Below are positions 1-11,900 of a stretch of 64,000 bases of DNA, in pieces. The notes beneath the pieces were generated by a model that was not told the DNA's origin, did not search any database, and saw only the letters and a list, made by a program, of their open reading frames with translations. Positions within the stretch are counted from its first letter, which is position 1. Every line of letters starts with the position of its first letter. Both the position numbers and the translations under genes were made by a program. The DNA is from Klebsormidium nitens (Eukaryota; Plantae; Klebsormidiophyceae): NCBI GenBank assembly GCA_000708835.1, contig DF236953.1:110990-174989 (forward strand). The letters run 5' to 3'.

Positions 1-743
1 TTTAGGTCGACTTGCGACCCCGTTTGCCTCTACAGCCCCCGTCCCTAAAGTACTGGAAATCTCAAGGGGGCTGACATGGCGGCCTCTCACTGGCTCATAT
101 AAATGGTGCCCCAAACTTTCATATGTTTTGGGGGGTGCGTGCGGAAATGGCCTACCACTGAGTAGTAATAAGGGATCGGGGTTGCAGGCTAAATGACCTA
201 CGGGTCATAGCGTATGTTGAGGGTCGTATGAGGAACCGCAGCATGTTCTATTGTTGCCATTTTTCCAAGTCATGTTCATTCTGGAGAAAAACACATGGGA
301 GTGATAATAGCTCAACGCAGGACTTGTGCAGCTTCATTTGGCGTGTCATCACATGAAGTTCCCGACATTAAATCCCGCCATGCAAGGCAATTTGAAGGCG
401 CGCAACTTGTAAGGAGAAATATTCATGCGAATGAAACACTTCACAGCTTTGAGCTGCAATTTGCAAAAGCCGATGCATGGCTGTTGTTGGCCACCGTAAG
501 CTCATCGACCAAGTATGTATGAATGCAGGCCATGCTTCCGACCTGCCTGAATAGCCACTTGATTCCTCATGCGCTCCACCCAACTGTGCATGTCCATATC
601 AGAGCTGATTAATCCCTCTTGGTGCTACTTTCTCAGGTGGAACAAAAGAAGCACAACAAAGTCAGCAGCAGGCAGTAGCGTTAAGAGTAGTTCGAACCTT
701 TTTAGACCATCCACCTTGTCCATCCAACCCAGCTCTCACGACT

Positions 744-3700
744 TCAACCAGTTCTTACACACTCAAAGCTGTCTAGCGCTACTGCCGTATTGTACCTTCT
801 CGCGGCCGATCCGGGCTCTGATGGGTAGAATAGCTCGTGCATCTCTTTAACAAAACCCGAGTGAGAGGAAAGAACCTTCATTAAATCTTGCGGCTGTGGT
901 GCAAGCATGCTCCCTCGCCTGAGTACCTGGCACTTTTGAAGGTCCGCGATCTTCATGTCATGGCGACCCGTCAACTTCTCGTCGCAGCAGACCGCAAGGA
1001 TGCTCAGGTAGAGGCTCTCCAACATGGAGCTCGTGGTGTGGCTTTGCCCTTCTAAGACCGAGAGGGCCGCGTACAGGCTGGTTCCAGTGATGGCTTCCAA
1101 CCTGCCTGAGGGGCTGGCGGGTTCTGCTTTGTCGCGGTCCTGTGGGTCGATGCGCTGCAGAAAGTCAGGGAGGACACATGTGAATAGAGGACAACAGCAA
1201 CAGGACAGCGACTAAAAAAGATGTGCATGAGAATCTGCACTGTGTGGTTGTTACACTGTTCCTAGATGACGGCCTGGTTTCGTCCGCCGTCCGGCCAACA
1301 AGAAAACGCAGTCACTCACAACATCAAAGTCGACCTCTGTCCGGTCGCAAACATNNNNNNNNNNNNNNNNNNNNNNNNNNNNNNNNNNNNNNNNNNNNNN
1401 NNNNNNNNNNNNNNNNNNNNNNNNNNNNNNNNNNNNNNNNNNNNNNNNNNNNNNNNNNNNNNNNNNNNNNNNNNNNNNNNNNNNNNNNNNNNNNNNNNNN
1501 NNNNNNNNNNNNNNNNNNNNNNNNNNNNNNNNNGGGCCAAATCTGCCACATACTTTCTCCCCCTAGACAATGCTGCTCTTTAGTCGCACGCATCTGTGCG
1601 CCACGAGTACCAAGCTGCCAGCCACGGGAAAACCCCAGAACTACCTAGAGCATACTTGTTCGAACCTTGGAGCTGATGTCGAAACCCTTTAAGGTAGGCA
1701 GCAATTTCAGAGCACCAAAAGTTCTTGTACATACTTGAAAAACGCCCAGCACACAATCAAGACCTTTGGCAGCTTCATGAGTCGTTTTGCACCTCAGCCA
1801 CCTTCCAATTTGAAAGTTGCATAAACACAGTTGGGTCTGAGTCAGACTCATGTTGCAGTCACGTACCTGCGCCAAAGTCTGCACTGGTAGCTCTCGGGTC
1901 AGTCTGACAGCGACAGGGACGAGAAGCAGCGCGTCCCACTCACAATCGTTGTAGGTGCACGTGCCGCGCGCGAGAAGCTCTACAACATGCGAGACCTCCT
2001 CCCGTTGCCCAAGCTCGATGAGAATGTCGCCCTGCAGTCGGAAGAGAAGCATCTTGAGCATTCGGGGCAAAGAAGCTACAATGGAGTTGCTAATGGAACA
2101 CGCGGATGACGCAAACTCCCACACTTGTGCCCTTTCCTTACAACAGTCGACGGTCATTCATGCCTTCTTCGCATTCAGAATCTGTTGCAGGCTCGTTCGA
2201 CATGGTCTCATGGTTACACTGCAGAACACTCGAAGCTAGAAACTCGACTTGAAGGTGAAGGTCTGATTCCAGGAACGAGAGTACGGGTCTAGGTTGCTGG
2301 AAATCCCCAGTCTTAGTATATTGAAGGTGTCTCTGAAGCAATCGAAATTGGCCGTTGTTCTCTTCAGATGACATGGGGGTCCAAACCTGGCAAGAGGTTT
2401 AGGAGGACGTCGAACGGTACAAGGGAGGGAAGACCAATTTTTGGAAGCTTCACCACTAAGACAGCGGCTAAGGGCGCTCTGAACCACTCGAAAAGGGCTT
2501 GAGACGAAGCAGGATAGGGTCTGGAGAGCCATTTGGGCTTGGTGCGCTTGGTACCAGAAATGCTTACCTCGTGCTCAGAGTGACAGAGCTTCAGGATGCA
2601 GTTGTCGTAGCCTGGGGTCGAGGCTTTAAACACTACACTCCCCACCCTGTTAGGTGCAGTACCCTGAACTGCCCGCAACTCTCCCCTCCTCAGTAGCTCC
2701 AGATTTGAGACTTCCCTCGGCAGATGCACCACCGGAATCTCTGGCTGCAAAAAGCCAAGGTCGCTGATGTCCGTTGCCAAGAGCCTAACCAGGAACCTGA
2801 AACCCATGGACTCAGGGCTTATGCTGAAAGGAAGAGAACCTGTGGTCTGCACCGTCCAGCTCTTATCTTGACCACGCTGCACCTGAACGAACTCGATTGA
2901 GTTCATCGTCAACCCAAACGAAACAACCCGCTGCCTGTCAGGCTGACTGTCGAGTATTGCCGTTGCTCTGCTGATCAGCTGTCCAAACATGCTGTCGAGC
3001 TCATCCATGCCCCCCCCAACTTTGAACTCCCCTACAGAAACTAGTTGCGTCCAAGCGACTAGAGCTGCTGCAAGTATGCTCACATCTGGTCTGCCAACAG
3101 GGTGGATGAACTGGTTGCTAGAACTATGAGTGTCTCTGACGATGAACTTTGCTTTCAGCACTTCGACTGCGGTTTCTATCATTTTTACTGCCGCTGGTTG
3201 CATATGGGAATCTTCTTTGAACCGTGGGAGTCTGGCAGCTGGAATGCAGTCTGCAAGCGTGTAGCCGGGCAGTTTTGACAGAATAGGGAGCGAAGGGCTG
3301 GGCCCTTTCCGTTTCTTATCTGTAGAGAAAGGAACGCCCGTTTTAGCTGGATTAAGCAAGGCTTCTCAAGGCAGAGCTGAAGACTCTGGCAAAAGAATGA
3401 CGGGCCTAAGTGCTCAATGGACCATATGCAAGCCTGCGTGGGAACTGCTGTCTTTTGACGACAGAAGTCCTTGTGAACAAAGGAAGCCGGCAACCAATCC
3501 CTGCAGGAACAAATCCTTCACTGCCACTGCTGATATGACAGCAAAAAGTTGATGACTCACTTGAAGGAGCGGAAGGTCCAGCCTCGTCTTCGTCAGCCTG
3601 GGGGGACGTGACAGGGACGTACGCTAGGCCCGTCTGCTTCTTGTCCGGGAACTTCTCCAGCACAGCGTCGGCTACTTCATCCAGGGTGTCGTTAGCAACA

Positions 3701-5071
3701 GCAGCCAGGAACGTGAGATCCTTGATCTTGTTGGCCTTTGCCCGCCAGATCTGCATGCAGAAGTGGAAGAGTCAGTTTCTGCACAGATGCTCGTAAGCAA
3801 CATATAAGGGGCCCACCAGTTCAGCCATACAAAACTAACTCACAGACTGATGAACACCTGACCTACTGGGTACAGTGCTTGGCGTGCCTATCTCAAAACC
3901 TGACCTGATCAGAGAACCTACTCTGCCAATGTCGGCGTCTGTCTTTGACGTCCGAGTGGAGGTGTACACTTTGAGTTGTAGATCAGCAACTGCCGCCTGC
4001 ATCCGCTGAAAGTCCTCAGCTTGCGCTGACTCTTTCTGTGGGTCTGCACGAAAAGCAGGTAGGGGCTGTCATACAAAAATGGCACTATCCAGCACTGCTG
4101 AGGTACCAGCCTCAATCGACCCATAAGCAACTTTCTGTCAGCCCCCCCCATGCTGTGCAATTTGGCAGGGTCTGCCAACCATCAAAATCTTTGAAAAGGA
4201 GCAGCAGGCAGCAGTCCAGGCCAGAAGTCCTCAGAGCACGCCAGTGGGTCTTTTCTGATATGCTCAAGAAGAGCAGGCAAAACTCTCAGGCGACTCGATT
4301 TTCCTTAAATTGTCAGTGTTGGCTTTGATTATTGACGGCGATGATATGCTCAAAGATGCGCAAAGTTTTTGAAGACGCAGCGACCATGCTGACAGACTCT
4401 TCCTGCCTCTTTGTTTGCGATCATCGTTTTCGCACTTTCTCTGCTGGATCACAGGCAAGTAAGCATTCAAGCTTGCACCTGCCCGAACCATAGAAAGATC
4501 TTGGCATAAAGCTTGCAAGAGGGGTCAATTGATGATGCTAAACTTTTTCCACCCTGACAATACCTTCATTGTGCGCTCTGTTGCAAATGGGACTGATCAG
4601 AAACATGTTGAGCAATGTCTTATCCCGAGCAGAGGCTGCCATGGATGCTGCAACCCGACAATTCCCATACCAAACCCCCAGCTCAGGGATTATGTGACCT
4701 CTCATTCTGGCCTGACAGGTGAAATAACCCTTGACGCAGAGGAACATGCTCCAAACAGGCACCAACACACCGGAGGGATGGTGTGTATCACTGCGTCCCC
4801 TATGAACCAGAGAGCTCCGGCACTCTGCCCAAATGCAGGCATGCACGATTGCTATTGCATAAAGGGGAAACCAACCTGCAGGCTGCAGCCGAGCCTTCTC
4901 CTCAAGCAGAAGGTTCAGACGCTGCTCCAGGGAGGCCAGACGCTGCTCCAGAGCCAGACGCAGTGCTGCACCATCGGCTTGTGCCTTGACAACTTTGATC
5001 TCGTCCTTCACTTCCGTAATGTCTGCTTCCACTTGCTTGATCTTTAGCTCAACACCCTCGATGGAACTCAT
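744..5071 (-). CDS. Crinkler-like / FunK1-type protein: N-terminal coiled coil, PD-(D/E)xK restriction-endonuclease-like domain, fungal-type (FunK1) kinase-like domain; multi-exon, possibly degenerate
   Basis: ATG 5071 opens a heptad-rich exon (MSSIEGVELKIKQVEADITEVKDEIK...LEQRLASLEQRL). Phase-compatible exons follow near 3985-3920 and 3750-3555. The long exon ~3330-2568 has RPDV...GEFK...GQL..RATAILDSQPDRQRVVSFG (nuclease-fold pattern typical upstream of FunK1 kinases), then VFKA...CILKL..SEHE (kinase N-lobe). Exon 2031-1867 follows. The last exon encodes ITGTSLYAALSVLEGQSHTTSSMLESLY (FunK1-like TGT...H...LES). The catalytic loop was not located; it may lie in the N gap. Confidence 0.6.
1355..1533. 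other. Assembly gap (179 N) inside the kinase-like gene
   Basis: Run of N in the sequence. Confidence 1.
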
Positions 5072-5992
5072 TTTCGACCCTCTCCTGCTTTCCCTTGCAG
5101 AATAAGATGCCGCCTGTCCGCCTTTAAGAAGAGTACTCAGCAACCCTGGCCCAACCCCAGTAAAGATCAGGAAGACCCTGAATCTGGAAATGCAAAATTG
5201 GGCAGCGCTTTCCCGTCTTTAGTGAGCTCTGCTCCCCCACGCCTTGTTGTGTCTGAGTCGAACCTGCATGTGCGCCTTTGAATGATTGCCTATTGTGGCG
5301 CTGTGGAGAAGAGATGACAGCGCAAATTTGCATTCGGTTCTAACCTTGGCCATGCTCATTGCTGCCTGCCTGCCACATGACAACGGTCTAGCACGGTTGG
5401 AGCGCGTATGAGCGCATGGCACATAGCTTATGCGAAATGGACTTGGCCGGGGTGGAGTTGGGTGGAAATGCAAGGTCGCGCCAACTGGTTTATGCGTTGG
5501 GCGGCCGCGCAAGTCCGAGTCGAAGGGTTTCTTGACGCTTTCAAATTTTGGCGGGAACAATGCAACAGTTCCTGACAGCTAGTCAACCGTGTCACAACCT
5601 GGAGCTGTTAAAACCCCCTCGGTCGTGTACCATGACCCCCTGTAGCATGTAGGAATTGGGGCAGTCGGGTTTTACACCTGCTAACCTCCATGACAGGAAA
5701 ACCTCGGAAAGAAACGATCGTGAGCTCTTTCCAAATTCAAAAGCGAAGTTTCAGAACGGTGCCACAGTGCACTCGATGCAAGGTCAGCTTTTATTGGTAG
5801 GTACCTAGAAGCTTTTCAATCTCAAAAGTGGATCCTGGAAGGATCCTGGAAGACGCAGGGAAGCAGGGCTGGTGGCCGGAAGGAAGCTGACAGTGATTGT
5901 GGCAGCACTTCCTGCATCTTCCGGCCTACTTGGATTTGGCGGAGCCGCTGAAAACCAGGCAAAGGCGCTGGCCATTAAATACGACGGGCAAA

Positions 5993-8900
5993 ATGGATCT
6001 GCAGGGGCACATCAAAAGACACTCTGCCATGTCCACTAATAGATGTGCAAACATCGACAGCAATGACAGCTTTGCTGGCAAAGAGAATAAGAGACCTTTC
6101 CAGGATACCTTGTCCCAGACCGAGAAGAAAGCACGGGTGGAAAAGACTGGTAGTGGCAACTTTCTAGGGGGATCGAACGATGATTGTGAGGTGTTGACAA
6201 GGCAGCCCGGACAGCAACTCTTTCCTCTGAACGAGAACGTCGACGATGATGACGATGTTGTGGTGACTGGAGTCAGCGGATTGTGGGCTTTTGATCTGCC
6301 TCATTCAAGGGATCAGTGCACGAAATATCCCTTTCTGCAGAAAACGTCTATATACAATCAGAACTGTTGCAAGCAGGTTAGCATCTTCTTCAACATCTTA
6401 TCGATTCTTTGAGCTTCTGAGCCCAGTTCTGGCTTTGCATGATCGCATAGTATTTGACGTCCTTTTGAAAATCCAGAAAGATATCTCTCAAATTGAACAT
6501 CTTTTGGCTGAGGGTCTTGGACCAAAGGCGTATGAGACTATTTTCAGAGGGAAGACAAGAGAGCTTTTTGGTATCATGAGCCTCAGCAGATGAGACTCCA
6601 GTGCATTGCAAGTAGTAGTCTGGTTGAGGAAGTTTTAAACAGTTCTTTTGAGTTTTGACGAGGCACTTGGACTCCATTGCAATGTGGCTTGCCAACCTTG
6701 ATTCAGACAATTATGTGATCAAACTTATTAGGCTGTTCCTCTTATCAATGCTGACCATGTTTTTGCTTGCAGTGCTACTGTTTCGTCTGCGATAGGCCTC
6801 AAGCGGAGTGCATCAAGTGGGGGACTGGCAGCCAAGCCAGCGACCACTGCAATGCATATGACTCCTGGGAGTGGCTGCTAAGGAGGGCGGCCATGGGACG
6901 AAGCACTGGCGTTGAGGACTCTGATTACGAAGAAGATGACGAAGAAGATGACAACATGGATGATGAGTGAGTTGTTGTTTCACTGAAGCCCCTCAATAGA
7001 TGACCATGTAGACCTTGCAAGACTGCCTTTAGCATGCCAACTGACGACCGAATAGCACTCTTTCTGAGCTACGTAGAGGTAGAAACCGTCCTTCTCTTGT
7101 TAATCTGGAGCTGCCTGGCTCGGTCCTGGTACGTTTTCACGTCAACTTCTCTGATTTTGTATTGTCAAATTCACTAGTCCCCAAGGATGAATCTAGAAAG
7201 CTTCAAAACTTGTTCGGATGCGATCAGACAGTTGCCTTTCTGAGAGCATCCCTGGCCAAAACATCAAATGAATGGGGCAGTAGACAGCCGCATGCAGAAC
7301 TCGTGGAGCCTGATATCTTTCCACTCTGTAGGTACATCCCGCTTGGTATTGTCTGCATCCCTCTGGCTGCGAAGGGGAAGCATGATCTTGTCAAGCTGCC
7401 CCCCACCCACTCTGAGAATTTACCATGGGCCTTTTTGACCAGGAGTGGTCTACGAAGAGGGGGGAGTTTCAACCACTGAAGGAGATGGTGTAAGCGGGCC
7501 ACACTTGAATGTGCATGTGCACGGTCATTTTGACTCCTTGGAATTGTTGGCAGGTGGTTTTTTGAAGAAGTACTTTGTCCACACAAGATAGGGGGAGAAG
7601 GCCAGTCCCATCAAGTAGTTCCTGCAAGTGTTCTGGAACTATCAGCAGACAGCAATGTATCGAGGCCTCAGGGGTGCTTTGGTCTTGAATCAAGTGGTAA
7701 TGCAGAAGCTTATAGTCAGATGTTGCAGCTGCGACTGTTGAGCATTCTCGGTGTGTGACTGAGAACAGTGTCGTGCTTGTAGCTACTTCCGCCTTGACAC
7801 TGGCGAGTAAGACCTGCCTCATGACAAGCGGCCCAAGGAAAAGGAGCTGGAAGGAGTTCTGAAGGAGATTAGGTAAGTGCAGTCAGCTCAAGTTTGGTGA
7901 TTTCCCAAGAGGCGTCTTCAAGGCTTGCAATCCAACTACTCATGTGCCCTATATTATGATTCCAGCTAGCTCAATGTAGATATTCCGCTTGCCGTTTTAA
8001 CTAATGCCTCCTAAGCATGTCAAAATCTGATACTTTTGGCAGCAGTGGCAGCCTCCGGAAAGGAGTCGTGTGTAGCTTCAGCTAGACAGAGCTCTGTAGG
8101 ATTTTGAAGAGAGTAGAGGATCTTTGAAAGCTTTTGTTGGATGTGCAGGTCCCTCGCACCCTTTGAAGGTCTCAACTGCAGCACAGAGCTCCATGTCGCT
8201 TTGACGATTCATCCCAATGAGACCTCTGCTCGCTTCGGCGTCGTCAAGATCAAGGTCTCCCTTCGGCGCTCCTCACTTGAATGGGACGAGAAGTTGAAGC
8301 TTGGCAAGGTCCTGGCTTACCTTTGCAAGGACACTGATCCTGCACTCCAAGAACGAGTGGACGAGCTGAGGTAGGAGATGTTACCAAATTTTGAATGCAC
8401 CTGAGAGCTTTGTTGCCGGTAATCATTTTTGTTGTATCTTTTTGCCCTTCCCTGGCAACTATTGCTCTATTCTCGTTGCATCCCTGAATCATAAGGCTTG
8501 TGCCAGCATGTATTCCTGCAGTATGCTAAATAAAGCTCTTCTACCCTCATTTGCAGGCAAGTGAAGCAGGCTGCGGGGGATATCAAGAGCTTTGCGGACT
8601 TGCTAGAGAAGGTACAAAGCAACAGCGTGTCTGAGGAAGAGCAGCCGGACGGGCTGGCCGAAGGCGTTACCTTGCGTCCATACCAAAAGCAGAGTCTGTG
8701 CTTCATGCTGGACAGGTAAGGCTCTTACTGTCCATCTCAGCCCCATGCAGTTGTCTTGACCTAGATCCTTTTCAAAGATAGCGTCTGCTGTAGTCTTCAA
8801 ATGTCGGCCCCTTGACAAGCTGTGTTGTTTAGCGTGCTCCAGTTCCTGATGGTCTACCTGACCCGTTTCAAAGCTTCCTCTGACCCCAGTTTGCCCTAGG

Positions 8901-11900
8901 AAGTGTGACACTAGCTTTGCGGTTAACTTGATGAGCTCAAGATCTTTCAAATATGTGATTGTCTTACTCGGTCCCTTCAAGCTGCTATAGCGTGTGTGGC
9001 GGGGCGCATCGTTTGGTTTGACGTCAGAAGGCGAGAATTCTGGCTGCATTCAAAACTCGTTGCTCATCCATTGTAAAGCCCCCTACAGAATTTGACTCCC
9101 TGTTCGTTTTGTTTTGCAGTGAAAGGCGGGGGTCGGGCTTCCGCGGGCTCCTCTGGCACAAGATCCCGGGGGCTGGGACGCCTGCAAAGGACGTCTTCTT
9201 CTGTCCTGCCTTGCGGTTGATGAAGTTGGAAGACAAGGGCAAGGTTTGGCCGGCTACCACTGGTGGCTTCCTGTGCGAGGTGAGGGTTCCTACAGTCGCA
9301 TCTGGAGCCTGCAAGGAGCAAGTGTCTCCCTCACGTTGAATCAGAGTTATGTTGAAAGGAAGTCTTCTTTGATGCGGCATCAGCGCCTCTTGGAAAGCTT
9401 GGATGCGTCACCGAGTGAAAACAACATGCGCAAGCGTGCCAGTGCCAGGGAACTTCCGGTTGAAGTGACATCCGAAGCTCTCCCACGTGACACGCCTCTG
9501 CTTGTTATGAAATCATTTGGACAACAATTCTATGCATCTTGGTCGAAGCTGGGTCCAGCGACATGCCGCCACACAACGAAGGTAGAACCTCTATCGAACT
9601 CCTTCCTTGTCCAGGAAATGGGCCTTGGAAAGACCGTCTAGGTCCTGGCCCTCACCGTTGCCAACCCGCACCCCAATCCCCCGCCGCCCCCTGCCGGGCC
9701 CCCCCTCTCGCGGGGGAGGCGCCTCCCGCAGATCCCCGACGGCGGGGTGCCGTCAAAAGCGACGCTGGTGGTCTGCGCGGTCTCGTTGGTCGGCCAGTGG
9801 ATCAACGAAGCGGAGAGCAAGCTCAAAGGCCCCATCAGCATGTACAAGTATCACGGATCCAGCCGCCATACTGACCCGTTCTTCTTGGCCGGTCACGACA
9901 TCGTGAGAGAGCATCTCATTTCCTTCTCGACTTTGTTCTCGCATGTGTACTTGACTGCGGTAATTGTTCTGTGTACCAGAATCTTGAAACTCTCAAGCGA
10001 TCCGATCTGTAGAAGAGTTCTCGCTCTTCCTCTACTTTCTCGGCTGTATACGCACTCAGAGATCCGCAGGACCAGCTTCAAGCAGCGGCCATGTCTCGAT
10101 CGTGATCTCTTCTACAATAGCTGCTTGAGTTGCCACCCTTGAGGTCTTTCGTGTTTACTGGCAAGAATGACGTGACGCCAGGTGTCAGACGGCTTCGACG
10201 TGTCTCGCCAGTCGGCGCGTAAAGCCCCTCATGTTCAGTTTGTAAACTTGACCCGCATGTCCTACCGCTGCAGGTGATTACCACGTACGGAATTCTCGAG
10301 AAGGACTACGGTGCTCTGACTGGGCAGGTTGTGGGGTCTATGTTCGACGGCAAGCGCCTCAGCGAGGAGGACAAGGCCAGGCTGTCGCCCCTCCACGCCA
10401 TCAACTGGTGGCGGGTCGTACTGGATGAGAGCCACACGGTGAGCGATTTTTCCGGCCCAGTCCTGGAGGCGTGTTGCCCTTACTCTGAAGAATGGAATTG
10501 ACTTCATCGAGAGTTCGAAAAGCTATCCTGACTTGCGGTTGACGATGTAAGGAGAGGTGCAATCAATATACCTAAGTGCGATTAGTGCCGCCTCTGATTT
10601 AAGGCACCGTTCATATTTCGACGGACACTGTCGCTGATAGACGTTCTCTATGCCCGCTCTGCCTCGACCTGCCGGTTGACCTCCTCTACTCGGTCTGCGT
10701 GCAGGTGAAAGATCCAACAGTCCAGCAGTCGCGCGCCTGTGCCGCGCTCAAGGCCGATCGACGGTGGTGCTGCAGCGGGACGCCCATCAACACCAGCATC
10801 TCGGACCTGTACGGACAGTTCGTCTTCCTGGGGCTCGACCCCTTGGACGACCGCCAAACGTTTCTGGACGAGATCAGCAGGCCCTTCGAGAGGTCGCTTC
10901 TTCTGACGGGGTGCAACGTGTTTAACAAGTCGAAGGCATCGCTCGTGTTCCTGCTGCGGAAGGTGAGCTACAGACGTACTGGTTGTGTAGCCTAGAAGGA
11001 TTTCCTGCAACCGCTTGGAGCTGATCTTTGAGACCAGTGTCTTGGAGTTTCTTCGAACCAGAGTCTGGAAGAAAGCTTGGAGAGCCAGAGTCTTTCCATC
11101 TTGGAAACGGAAAGAAGAGCCCGAGAGTCGTGGCCTCCGTTGATCGCTAGAGAGATTCATACAGATGCGCCTCATCATTTACACAAAGTGAAGTGAATAC
11201 TGTTTCGACATGCTTGCGGCGTGAAAGGTCTTTGTGCTGCATTCGAGTTTGTCAGCTCATGTGGCTTCTGAGGGACGTTTGTTTACGTACCGTCAACAAG
11301 CTCCTCGTCTCGCCCCAGGTAATGGTCCGCCACACCAGGACCCAGACGATCGCCGGAGAGAAGTTGCTCGTCCTCCCGCCGAAGACTCAGGTCGATATGC
11401 CCGTACACTTGTCCCCGGAGGAGCGCACGTTCTACGATACCGCGGCAGCTGGGGCCAAGGAGCGCTTCGCCAGATACCGCCTCCTCGGGCCGGAGTACAT
11501 CAGCAAGCACATGCTGAAGATCATGGCGCTTCTTCTCCCGCTGCGCAGGTTAGACATGGGCCTGTCACTCTGGTTCCAGCACAGCACTCCGCAATGTAGT
11601 CAAAATATGTCACGAACTCTGAAAGAATCAAATAATAGACAATCGCTTCTGGCATTCAACCTCCCAACTATCGAATTTACGAGAAGTTTTTGCCGGAGCC
11701 GTGTGGGTAGCTTTCATTGTCAGGTGCGTGTTTGTTGCGGGAGACTCCATCTTAAAGCGGAGTCCCACCCTAGACCTATCTATCAATGCTCACATGCATT
11801 GGATGTGTGGAAACGGACCTCGTTCGTCTGCCATCTTTTGAGCAGATCAGACCCCGCCGCGGTTGCGCGGGGGCTTCATATGTTACCTTACAGGAACTGG

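Noticed and set aside
1-240. Small hairpins (CCCCAAAC...GTTTTGGGG ~109-135; ATGACC-TACG-GGTCAT ~193-208) suggesting a transposon end or structured RNA
   Set aside because: The stems are short, the sequence is truncated by the window edge, and I found no matching terminus or recognisable RNA family.
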